Source: Bdellovibrionota bacterium FG-2
Lineage (GTDB): Bacteria; Bdellovibrionota; UBA1018
Direction: 5' to 3'
NCBI GenBank assembly: GCA_051382305.1
Contig: JBBCAV010000044.1
Span: 1-22,409 of the forward strand
Length of the DNA stretch: 22,409 nt
A model generated the notes under the pieces. The model had not been told where the DNA came from. It searched no databases and worked only from the letters and a program-made list of their open reading frames with translations. Of this stretch, positions 1-7,977 are shown piece after piece; within the stretch, counting starts at the first letter, position 1; the number at the start of each line of letters is the position of its first letter. A program made the translations under genes and the position numbers.

Positions 1-119
1 TCCAGATAGAGGAGGCATGCCGCCTCATCAGGAAACATGAGCTGAAAGTCCAGATGGGTTATCGGATATTCAGGAGGGGAGTTTTTCGGTGGCGGTGGCT
101 TTTGACCCGCAGTTGGCAT
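1..119 (-). CDS. IS1595-family transposase, N-terminal fragment (partial; not in the ORF track)
   Basis: Manual translation from ATG at 119 gives MPTAGQKPPPPKNSPPEYPITHLDFQLMFPDEAACLLYL. The F-x-x-x-FPDE-x-AC-x-x-YL pattern precedes the Zn ribbon of IS1595 transposases. Confidence 0.75.
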   Translation of the reverse strand, partial: MPTAGQKPPPPKNSPPEYPITHLDFQLMFPDEAACLLYL

Positions 120-182
120 CGCTAAAACCCTCTGCGACGCACCGTAGCTTAAATGCTATTAAGTGACAACCGGATAAGCAGG
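1..182 (-). mobile_element. Left end of an IS1595-family insertion sequence (ISSod11-like terminus), running off the window edge
   Basis: The minus strand from 182 reads CCTGCTTATCCGG, matching the nnnGCnTATC end described for the ISSod11 group. A transposase-like N-terminus starts at 119. GT2-like sequence stops at this point. Confidence 0.7.
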
Positions 183-858
183 GAACTTTTTTACCTTCTT
201 CAAACCCTCGGGAAGTATAAGAAACCGGGACTTCGAGTGGCGAGTTTCCTTTGCGGATCAGCTTGGCGACCAGTTCAAAGTCAAAATCGAAGCGGTCCGA
301 TACAAACTTTGTGTTGCCGATGCAGGATCGGCGGAACACTTTGTACATTGTGGTCGGATCGGTCAGGCTTTGGTTGTAGAGAAGGTTAAAAAGGGCATGA
401 AAAAAGACCCCACCAAAATTCAGCAAAGCCGCCTTAAACGGATTGCCTTCGAATTTTCTGATTTTCCAGCTTCCGGCTGAAAGATGCCGACTTCCAAGGA
501 CAAAGTTGGCGTGCCCATCTAGAATCGGGTCGAGAAGCGCCGGGTAATCGGCAACGTCATACTCCAAATCTGCGTCTTGAATCAGGATGATGTCGCCGGT
601 CGCTGCAGCAAAGCCCTCCTTCATGGCATTGCCTTTACCTTTGCCGACCTCCTGCAAAATGAGTTTAACGGTGCCCGTTTGTTCATGAGTTTTGGCGAAA
701 TTTTGAACGATTTCCCGAGACTTATCTGTCGAATTGCTCTCGATGATAATGAGTTCTTTTTCGAGCCCTCGCGGAAGTTCCTGAAGCCAAACACGGTTCA
801 AAAGAGTCTGGACGGTATTGGCCTCGTTGTAGACTGGGATGACAATCGAAACCTTCAT
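70..858 (-). CDS. Glycosyltransferase family 2 (DPM1/polyprenol-phosphate type), C-terminus replaced by IS-derived sequence
   Basis: Motifs VSIVIPVYNE, GKGNA, IQDADLEYD and FDFDFEL. The ATG at 858 overlaps the upstream stop (ATGA). After GKKV (~183) the frame reads into the IS. Confidence 0.88.
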   Translation of the reverse strand: MKVSIVIPVYNEANTVQTLLNRVWLQELPRGLEKELIIIESNSTDKSREIVQNFAKTHEQTGTVKLILQEVGKGKGNAMKEGFAAATGDIILIQDADLEYDVADYPALLDPILDGHANFVLGSRHLSAGSWKIRKFEGNPFKAALLNFGGVFFHALFNLLYNQSLTDPTTMYKVFRRSCIGNTKFVSDRFDFDFELVAKLIRKGNSPLEVPVSYTSRGFEEGKKVPCLSGCHLIAFKLRCVAEGFSDANCGSKATATEKLPS

Positions 859-1454
859 TTTGTGGATTCCCATTTCGTTTGGGTGGCCTTGAGGGCAGGG
901 TGGCTGACCAAAAGGTGCCAGACGACCGCACAGAATCCCTCTGTGTGAGGGGTGATTCGATCGGGCGAAACTGTCGGAATCACGACACAGGCCGTGGCCG
1001 CCGTTTTGGTAAACCCACCGTCTTTGCCGACAATTCCAAAAACTTTTCCGCCGACCGACTGAGTGAGTTCGATTGCGCGTACTAAGTTCACCGAAACGTT
1101 TTTTTCACGATTTCCGCCGCCGACTGAAAAAATCAGAATGGCATCGCGTGAGCTGATTCGGGAGCCCTTGAGCCACTCCGAGAAGCTCGTATCCCAACCC
1201 TCATCGTTGACCCGAGCCGTGAGCTCTGAAGCATTATCAGTCGGTGTGTAGGACTCTAGCTTACAGATTTTTCGAAAGTCGTTGACGGCATGGCTCGCGT
1301 GACCTGCGCTTCCACCGACGCCCAAAATAAAAAGTCGGCCGCCGTGTTCACGAACATCCGCGAGTTCTTTGGCAAGGCGATCGATTTCGGTCACGTCCAG
1401 TGACTGAATGATTTTGATGCTTTCGTCGAGATAGTTTTTAACAAATTCACTCAC
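855..1454 (-). CDS. gmhA: SIS-domain phosphoheptose isomerase (GmhA-like)
   Basis: Motifs GVGGSAGHASHAVNDF, NDEGW and FSVGGG. 199 aa. Lies in a heptose-pathway context. Confidence 0.85.
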   Translation of the reverse strand: MSEFVKNYLDESIKIIQSLDVTEIDRLAKELADVREHGGRLFILGVGGSAGHASHAVNDFRKICKLESYTPTDNASELTARVNDEGWDTSFSEWLKGSRISSRDAILIFSVGGGNREKNVSVNLVRAIELTQSVGGKVFGIVGKDGGFTKTAATACVVIPTVSPDRITPHTEGFCAVVWHLLVSHPALKATQTKWESTK

Positions 1455-2170
1455 AGTGTATACCCCGCGGATTCAGCGTCTGATTTGAACATTCGGACCG
1501 TATCCAGACTGAGCTGGGTGAGGTCCTTGCCAAACATCGACATTTTTTTGATGATGTCAAAGGGGACGGTGATGATGTGACAACCGGATTGTTCGGCCTG
1601 CAAAATATTCAAGGCTTCACGCGTACTGGCCCAGAGGAGTTCGATATTTTTATCGGCACTTTCAGCCATTTCCACTGCAGCACTCATGAGCGGCATCGGA
1701 TCCCGTCCGGTGTCAGCGATGCGGCCGGCAAAAATAGACACAATCGAGTGGGCGCCCCCTTTGAGGGCCTGGCAAGTTTCCCAGGTTTGTTTCAAAGTTA
1801 AAAGCGCGGTGACGTTGAGCTTGACGTTCTTATGGGCGAGTTCGTGAACGAGCGGGATCGATGAGATGCCTTCGGAGTTGGTGATCGGGATCTTGACGTA
1901 AACGTTGGAACCCCAGTTCGCGATTTCAAGAGCCTGGCGACGCATTTCATTGAAATCATCGGCAAAAACTTCAAAGGAAATTGGCTTAGTCTTGATTTGA
2001 CCCAAGATATCCTTGCAGAAGGCTCGGTAATCTTTGATCCCGGCTTTTTTCATCAAGGTTGGATTGGTCGTCATCCCTTGAATTGCAGGGTTCTTATCCA
2101 TTTCGAGCATCGAGGCGCGGTCGGCGCCATCCGAATAAATTTTTACTTTTAAAGTCTTGGTTTGGGACAT
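1451..2170 (-). CDS. tal: Transaldolase (short TalC/FSA type)
   Basis: Motifs GMTTNPTL, NVYVKIP (Schiff-base Lys), SIFAGRIADTG and LLWASTRE. GGAG RBS upstream. Confidence 0.92.
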   Translation of the reverse strand: MSQTKTLKVKIYSDGADRASMLEMDKNPAIQGMTTNPTLMKKAGIKDYRAFCKDILGQIKTKPISFEVFADDFNEMRRQALEIANWGSNVYVKIPITNSEGISSIPLVHELAHKNVKLNVTALLTLKQTWETCQALKGGAHSIVSIFAGRIADTGRDPMPLMSAAVEMAESADKNIELLWASTREALNILQAEQSGCHIITVPFDIIKKMSMFGKDLTQLSLDTVRMFKSDAESAGYTL

Positions 2171-2243
2171 TACTTGACTCCCTTTGTTCTTGTTTGGAAT
2201 TTGACAAAGTCTAAAAGATTTCCGCCCAAAAATGAAGGCTTAA
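2170..2243 (-). pseudogene. Orphan 3' end of a gmhB allele (copy D) abutting transaldolase
   Basis: Encodes KPSFLGGNLLDFVKF versus KPSFWGKDLLEFVGF in intact GmhB. Shares an exact AATGAAGGCTTAA with the other copies. Its stop overlaps the tal start (TAATG). Confidence 0.75.
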
Positions 2244-2339
2244 TTTGTTTCGTTCGGGATTTGATGTCAAACGGTTCTTTACTCCCTCGTGCGAGAATCT
2301 CAGAGGTGGGGGTATGAACTATGGTCCTCCCTAATTCCC

Positions 2340-2389
2340 AAAATACTACCATTTAACTGCTTGCAAAAGCATATTATTGGTAGTATTTT
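2340..2389 (+). promoter_or_regulatory. Putative sigma70 promoter enclosed by a perfect 12-bp inverted repeat (candidate operator)
   Basis: AAAATACTACCA (2340-2351) pairs with TGGTAGTATTTT (2378-2389). TTGCAA(2361)-17 bp-TATTTT(2384). ATG at 2396 has no evident RBS. Confidence 0.55.
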
Positions 2390-2395
2390 TAACAA

Positions 2396-3553
2396 ATGGC
2401 CCATTTTAGACCAAGACAGGCAGCAGCTCATCTTAAAAAACTAGCCTCCTTGTGGCCCGCCGTCGGCGTGCTGGGATTGCGGCAGGTCGGTAAGACTACC
2501 TTTTTAGAAAAGCAGGTGCGTTTTCATTCGAACGCATCACTGGATCATGACTCGACACGAGGAGACGCCGAAACCCCCGCTTTAGTCGATGAAATCCAAA
2601 AGGTGCCTAAACTTTTTGATGCCTTGAAGCTCCTCGTGCACAAGAACAGGAGACCCGGGCAATTCTTTGTCACAGGATCAGTTTCTTTCTCAGAAGGAAG
2701 TGGCATGAGAGAGTCGCTCACCGGAAGAATGGGCGTTCTTCAGTTATTTCCTTTAAATATTTCCGAATCCTTAGAAATGGGGTCTCCTGGATTACCCACC
2801 TTAAAAATCAAGGAAATAAAAGATGGGTTTATTCCTCGCATTTCGCTGCAGGATTTCTCCAAGGCGATGGTTCGAGGGGGGATGCCGGTACCTATGTTTC
2901 TCAGAGATCGGTCTCAAAGCGAGCTGTTTTGGAGTGGTTGGTTAAATACCAGCATTTTACGCGACCTTGCCCGACTCATGAAAAAAGGCTTTGAAGCCGA
3001 TTTTGCCTTCTCCCTTTTGGAGCAAATGGGAAGGACTTTGCGAGAAGGAGAGCTTCCAACGACGGCCCACTTTCAGGCCTCTTCATCACGAAAACTGAAT
3101 CGTTATCTCTTAGGTTTAGAGAGTATTTTTATGATTCGAAAAATCCCCTGCCACGAACTCGGGACTGGAAAAGATGTATGGCTACCCACGGATTCTGGCC
3201 TAGCCAGTTATTTAATGAAAGAGACACAGGAGGAAGGGGCGACGCTTTCACTCGCAAGACTCACGTTGTTGAATGAACTTTTTTCGCACCACGAATATTC
3301 AGGAACGCGATTTTTTGTCCGGTACTTTAAAAGTGCCAAGGGTACTCCCGTTGATATGGTTTTGGATAATACTCCAATTCGGGTGGTTCCTCTGGCAGAT
3401 GTCAACCGTGGTCCTTGGGGTTGGCATGAGAAATCGGTATTGGGTGCAATGAAGAAATTAAAATCCAAACGGGGAATCTTACTCGCGCCAGTTGACCGCG
3501 CCCACGTTCAAGAGTCAGGAATATCCATCCTCCCGTGGACCATGTGGAGTTAG
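2396..3553 (+). CDS. AAA+ ATPase, AAA_14/DUF4143-type
   Basis: Walker A GLRQVGKTT, Walker B LVDEIQ, plus VTGS, ESLTGR and GGMP motifs. C-terminal YFKSAKGTPVD is a degenerate restriction-fold motif. Confidence 0.85.
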   Translation: MAHFRPRQAAAHLKKLASLWPAVGVLGLRQVGKTTFLEKQVRFHSNASLDHDSTRGDAETPALVDEIQKVPKLFDALKLLVHKNRRPGQFFVTGSVSFSEGSGMRESLTGRMGVLQLFPLNISESLEMGSPGLPTLKIKEIKDGFIPRISLQDFSKAMVRGGMPVPMFLRDRSQSELFWSGWLNTSILRDLARLMKKGFEADFAFSLLEQMGRTLREGELPTTAHFQASSSRKLNRYLLGLESIFMIRKIPCHELGTGKDVWLPTDSGLASYLMKETQEEGATLSLARLTLLNELFSHHEYSGTRFFVRYFKSAKGTPVDMVLDNTPIRVVPLADVNRGPWGWHEKSVLGAMKKLKSKRGILLAPVDRAHVQESGISILPWTMWS

Positions 3554-3695
3554 AGCATTGCCAATGGTGACCTGCATGCATAGGGCGTTGCGCCATTCTC
3601 TATTCACCTGAAGCCTGGTAACCTTAGTAACAGTCAATAGGAATTCACTGGAATGAGGGGATCACTCGGGTTATTCAAATACTGGGAAAATATAA

Positions 3696-4418
3696 ATGAA
3701 TTTCGACGCCGTTAAAGTACCGAAAAAGATCACTCCTTGCCCAATAACTGAAGCTGTTGTCGAGTTGCGCTTTGACTCAAGTCTTCCAGCCGAGGTGATG
3801 CCAGGCGTCGTTTTCAGTAAGTTTCAAAAGGATTTTCCGAAGATCGAGAAATTGCCAATAATGGAGCTTCCGCCGGCCATTAGGGATGGCGATCCAAATT
3901 TAAGATTTACCCCGCAGTATCGCCTTACCAACGACGATTTCGTGTTTCAGATCGGTCCAAAATGTTTTTCTGTTGTTTGTCCGAAGGAATACAAGGGCTG
4001 GACAAAGTACTATACTCAGCTTGAAAAGGTTTTTGACGGCATTAAGGAACTTGCCATTATTCAAAAACCTATCAGGGTTGGCTTACGCTACATTTCATTT
4101 TTTGAAGACACCGATATTTTTGAAAAGATAAAGATTAACCTTTCTCTCGCGGATAATTCGCTCATTGGATCTAATAACATCGTAAGAAGTGAATTCAATT
4201 ATTCAGGGTTTCGCTGTGTCATTCAGATCGCAAACGGTGCTCTTTTAAGTGGAAAAGTTAAAGGCTCAAGCGTAGATATCGACGTAATTTCTGACAAAAG
4301 TGGGTCAATCTTGAGCGATTTCAAGGGAATAGTTAATTCCGCTCATGAGGTTGAAAAAAGACTCTTCTTCGGAATTCTTAATGAAGACTTCTTGAACAAG
4401 TTTAATCCGGAGTATTGA
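3696..4418 (+). CDS. TIGR04255-like protein
   Basis: N-terminal PITEAVVELRF, YKGW, RVGLRYI, VDIDV and C-terminal AHEVEKRLFF match the pattern I recognise for this sporadically distributed family. 240 aa. Confidence 0.75.
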   Translation: MNFDAVKVPKKITPCPITEAVVELRFDSSLPAEVMPGVVFSKFQKDFPKIEKLPIMELPPAIRDGDPNLRFTPQYRLTNDDFVFQIGPKCFSVVCPKEYKGWTKYYTQLEKVFDGIKELAIIQKPIRVGLRYISFFEDTDIFEKIKINLSLADNSLIGSNNIVRSEFNYSGFRCVIQIANGALLSGKVKGSSVDIDVISDKSGSILSDFKGIVNSAHEVEKRLFFGILNEDFLNKFNPEY

Positions 4419-4422
4419 TACG

Positions 4423-4785
4423 ATGACTGTCCAATACGGAGACAAGACCTCTGGCACTAATGGTATCGGGATGGTGGTGCTGACAACGACTACGGTGGCC
4501 CTCGCACTTGCTACAGTCTCTGCGTACCGCCCTGCTTCCCTGCTCATTGGAGTAGAAAAAAGTAGCATCAAGCCGGTTGCTGGATTTAGTCATCATCAAG
4601 TACGAGAGTGGGAAGCAAGCCTGATGGGGGCTCAAAGCACCGGTGGTGAAGACGTCTTACAAAGGGATGCTGCTGACTATTATCGAGTTTCACACTTTGC
4701 CCAGAGATTTATTTCGGAACAGTCAGATGTGCCGCCAGAATTTGAGAAGACCTTTCGTGAAAATTTCTGGGATATTCTTGCGTGA
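4423..4785 (+). CDS. Small hypothetical protein (middle gene of the three-gene module)
   Basis: Starts 4 bp after the upstream stop and overlaps the next gene (GTGA). Hydrophobic N-terminal stretch and acidic/aromatic C-terminus (FRENFWDILA). Confidence 0.7.
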   Translation: MTVQYGDKTSGTNGIGMVVLTTTTVALALATVSAYRPASLLIGVEKSSIKPVAGFSHHQVREWEASLMGAQSTGGEDVLQRDAADYYRVSHFAQRFISEQSDVPPEFEKTFRENFWDILA

Positions 4786-5423
4786 TTCCAGCGGCATTTG
4801 AGGATTTTCGGATTTACCTCCCGAAGTATCTTTCCGAAGAACAACAAAAGCAGTTATTTGACGAGCTGTCGTCCTTTCCTGCCAATGTCGACAAAAGATT
4901 TTATACCTCTCGATTAAAGGATGAGCCGTTTCTTTTTCAGGGGGATGGATATGGCGCAATCCTAATGGCAGATTATGCTCAAGAAAAATTTCGTGAGGTG
5001 AAGGGGTTTTTGGTTAGCAACACGTGCGATGCCTCATTGGAGAATAAGAGGCTTTTTAATCCGTTCCTTTCATTTGCCCCTATTTTCAGCCTAAAAAAAT
5101 ACGAAGAAGTCCTCATTCATCAACACGATGGGGAGGTGGTTGCGCAACATATCGATTCAATTCGAAAGCAGCGTATCACGCCTTTTTTCTTTTTACCCTC
5201 TGGCGGCATTGACGAGGAAGAGTGTTTTGTGAGGCTAGATTGTGCCTTCAGTTTGCCGGCGTCCGAAGATCTGATCAACGAACTACTTCAGAAAAGACTA
5301 TTTACCCTCAGTAATTATGGATTCTACATGTTGCTATTCAAACTTTCTGTTCATCTCTCTCGGGTGCAGGAGTCTGTTGATCGCAACTCAGGGCCGACAT
5401 CTGCCGCCTTGGCAGGTAGCTAA
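4782..5423 (+). CDS. Hypothetical protein, possibly extended PemK/MazF-like fold
   Basis: The order FQGD ... LVSNTCD ... FAPI ... VRLD ... RLFTLS parallels PemK-like toxins. The fold assignment is inference. Translationally coupled to the upstream gene. Confidence 0.6.
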   Translation: MIPAAFEDFRIYLPKYLSEEQQKQLFDELSSFPANVDKRFYTSRLKDEPFLFQGDGYGAILMADYAQEKFREVKGFLVSNTCDASLENKRLFNPFLSFAPIFSLKKYEEVLIHQHDGEVVAQHIDSIRKQRITPFFFLPSGGIDEEECFVRLDCAFSLPASEDLINELLQKRLFTLSNYGFYMLLFKLSVHLSRVQESVDRNSGPTSAALAGS

Positions 5424-5434
5424 TTTGTTTCATC

Positions 5435-5461
5435 GGTGGTGTCGTGCCGGATCGCACCACC
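5435..5461. terminator. GC-rich hairpin after cassette 1 (possible terminator)
   Basis: GGTGGTG (5435-5441) pairs with CACCACC (5455-5461). No clear U-tract on either strand. Confidence 0.3.
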
Positions 5462-5489
5462 AATAGTGATATCCAATTAGATCTTGAGA

Positions 5490-6126
5490 CGCTTGCCACC
5501 CAAAAACACCACAAACTCCAACAAATCCTTCCCCCAGAATGAAGGCTTAAGCCCCATTAAAGGCAGTCGAAATCCCGAGCGAGGCCCCAGCTTGAATATC
5601 GGTCACGCCATCCCCGACCATCCATAACCCTGATGCGCGCAGGAGGTGATTTTCGCCGGTGGCGAAAATTTCTTTTAAATATGCCGGGCCGCCGTGCGCC
5701 TCAATTGCGGCCTCAAGGAGTCCCGTTTTGGGCTTGCGACAAGCACACTGATCCTCACTGCGATGGAAGCAAATATGGGAGCTCTGAATCACGCCCCCTT
5801 GCGCCTGCGCGGCCGCAAGAACAGCTTGGTGCGTGTCCTCTAGGTTTTTGCGCGTCGTCTTGCCTGAACTTGTCGTAGAGCTTGATTTTACCATCCCGAA
5901 AAACGACGTTGCTCGTGTCCCATTGGCCTTCGTTTTTGAAAACTGTCATGAGCGCTGGAGCGCCGTTTGCCAAAAAGGTCTCCCAAACCGCCCCACAATC
6001 GACCGGCAAAAACGAATCCCCATAGGTCATCAAAAACTGGGGGTCTAAAACCCCTTGATCGAGCGCCAGTCTGAGCGCGCCCGCAGTACCTCGAAGTTCA
6101 GATCCTTCATCGACATACCGTACCTT
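5490..6126 (-). pseudogene. Repeat copy C: internally deleted, frameshifted hddC'-'gmhB fragment
   Basis: Aligns by eye to about 10057-10573 plus 11016-11278. Out-of-frame junction at CCT 5863-5865. An additional ~41-bp deletion lies at about 5558. Confidence 0.92.
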
Positions 6127-6233
6127 AGCAAGATTGTCTTCATTGATTCGACCGACAAGATGGAAATTTTGTTCGATTTCGAATAGATAAACCACATGAT
6201 TTTAACCGGTTACGTTTTTAAAGTAATAAAATC

Positions 6234-6325
6234 TTGCATTATGTTCGCTTTGTTGTAACATTGTGGGTAGTAATGTGTGTTTTTCTTGCATATCAAGTCA
6301 ATAGAGCAGGCATCACCGCAAGGAG
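6234..6325 (+). promoter_or_regulatory. Putative promoter and RBS of cassette 2
   Basis: TTGCAT(6234)-16 bp-TAACAT(6256). An ATGTT/AACAT dyad spans 6241-6261. AAGGAG at 6320-6325 precedes ATG 6332. Confidence 0.45.
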
Positions 6326-6331
6326 TGGCCA

Positions 6332-7465
6332 ATGAAAGAAATCATCGGCCGACGCATCAAGGATGAGCGATCTCGGCAGAATTTTACTCAGGATGAGCTA
6401 ATCAAGGATGCCCAACTAGATTGGGACAGGCAGACTCTCGGTCAAGTCGAGAACGGCGAGCGGGATTTGAAAGCTTGGGAGCTTGCAAGAATTTCTCGGG
6501 TTCTTCGGATGGATATGGCCACCTTCTTTCCTGGCTGTGAAACAGCCGCCAAACAACCCTTTGTACTCTGGCGTTTGCAGCCTGAAAATCACAAAAGATT
6601 GGAAGCTGAGTTCATTCGGCTCTGCAAGGACTACAGATTCGTCGAGGATCTCAACGCTATTGACGCAAAAGGTTTCAGAATACTTCCCGGTAAGCAAATT
6701 GATCTCCGATCTTTCAGTTACTCCGACGCTTATGCACTGGCTGAAGAGATCCGAAGTGATCTTGATCTGGGCGACTATCCCGCAACCGCTCTGGTTAAAG
6801 TACTTGAAGAAAAATATGGAATCAAATTTTTCTTCAATGAACTCGGTGGCAATGGTTCGGCGGCCTCGAGTGTCTCTGACTACGGTCAATGTGTTTTGAT
6901 CAGTTCAAGCGAACCCGCATGGAGACAACACTTTAGTATAGCCCATGAGCTGTTTCATATTATCACTTGGAACGATGAACTGCTCGAACATGTTGGCTCT
7001 GATAAAGACCTCTGGAACAAGAACGAAAGCCTGGCGAACGCTTTTGCCGCTGGCCTTCTTGTTCCCACCGAAGCACTTCATCGTGAAATTAGATTGCTTC
7101 CCAAGAAGAACAAGCTCAACGACGCAGGGATCGTTTCCATAGCGCGGCAGTTTGGAGTTTCACTTGAAGCCCTTCTATGGCGAATGGCTGGGTTGAACAT
7201 CATTAGCAGAGATTCTGTCAAAAAAACGATTGTTGATGAAAAGCTCCACTCGTTGGATCAAGAAAGTCGCGCTGAAGCTCATATGCCATATTACCTGAGT
7301 AATCGTTTCGTCCGCATGGCCTATGTTGCTTACGAGAACGGTGAAATTAGCCGCGCTCGGCTAGCTAAAATATTGAGCCAATCCCTATCAGCTCTTCCGG
7401 ACTATTTGAAAAAATTCGGTTTAGCAGAAGTCAGCAATAATGAAATCCCGCTTAGTCATACTTGA
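6332..7465 (+). CDS. XRE-type HTH fused to ImmA/IrrE-family Zn metallopeptidase
   Basis: N-terminal HTH (IGRRIKDER...TQDEL...VENGER). RQHFSIAHELFH carries HExxH. ESLANAFAAGLLVP. C-terminal ISRARLAKIL. Confidence 0.92.
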   Translation: MKEIIGRRIKDERSRQNFTQDELIKDAQLDWDRQTLGQVENGERDLKAWELARISRVLRMDMATFFPGCETAAKQPFVLWRLQPENHKRLEAEFIRLCKDYRFVEDLNAIDAKGFRILPGKQIDLRSFSYSDAYALAEEIRSDLDLGDYPATALVKVLEEKYGIKFFFNELGGNGSAASSVSDYGQCVLISSSEPAWRQHFSIAHELFHIITWNDELLEHVGSDKDLWNKNESLANAFAAGLLVPTEALHREIRLLPKKNKLNDAGIVSIARQFGVSLEALLWRMAGLNIISRDSVKKTIVDEKLHSLDQESRAEAHMPYYLSNRFVRMAYVAYENGEISRARLAKILSQSLSALPDYLKKFGLAEVSNNEIPLSHT

Positions 7466-7973
7466 TGCCAACGTCATCATCAAAGCTTTTTCCGGAAACT
7501 TCTGGAAGACCCTGATCACCCAGTACGACGTTTACATCACCTCCATCGTTTTACACGCCGAAGTTTATTATTACATGGACAAGAACGGCCAAAAAATATC
7601 GATCGACCTGACTGCTGGCATTAACTCCGGGAAGATCATAGAACTCACGGCAACACCTAATGAGATTGCGACACTCGTTAATAAAGTGAATCCCAACTTT
7701 ATGGATCGTATCGACGATGGTGAGCAAGAAGCGTTGGCACTTCTATTAACCGGCCGCTTTGAGGATTTTCGATATTGCACTGGAGATACGAGAGCCATCA
7801 AAGCATTGGCAAGCCTAAATCTTGGTCCTCTTGGTATTTCACTCGAAGAGGTGCTGGATGCCATTGGGCAAAAGGGAAAATTACCTGATCCAAGTTATAG
7901 TAAGGTGGCTTTCGATAAGAAAAAAGCGGAAGGCATACAAGAGCAGACTATGTTTCTAAAAAAGAAGCCATAA
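7440..7973 (+). CDS. PIN-domain protein (putative RNase toxin)
   Basis: Acidic PIN motifs VILDANVII, DDGEQEALAL and TGDTRA. Overlaps the upstream gene by 26 bp. Confidence 0.8.
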   Translation: MKSRLVILDANVIIKAFSGNFWKTLITQYDVYITSIVLHAEVYYYMDKNGQKISIDLTAGINSGKIIELTATPNEIATLVNKVNPNFMDRIDDGEQEALALLLTGRFEDFRYCTGDTRAIKALASLNLGPLGISLEEVLDAIGQKGKLPDPSYSKVAFDKKKAEGIQEQTMFLKKKP

Positions 7974-7977
7974 AGCC

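Noticed and set aside
3553-3566. GAGCATTGCCAATG after the ATPase stop as a collapsed copy of the 35-bp cassette-end element
   Set aside because: Only two short matches (GAGCATT, CCAATG), too little to distinguish from chance.
5547-6195. ORFs 5547-5894 and 5755-6195 as real genes
   Set aside because: They are frameshifted pieces of repeat copy C with non-homologous starts and no catalytic N-terminal motifs.
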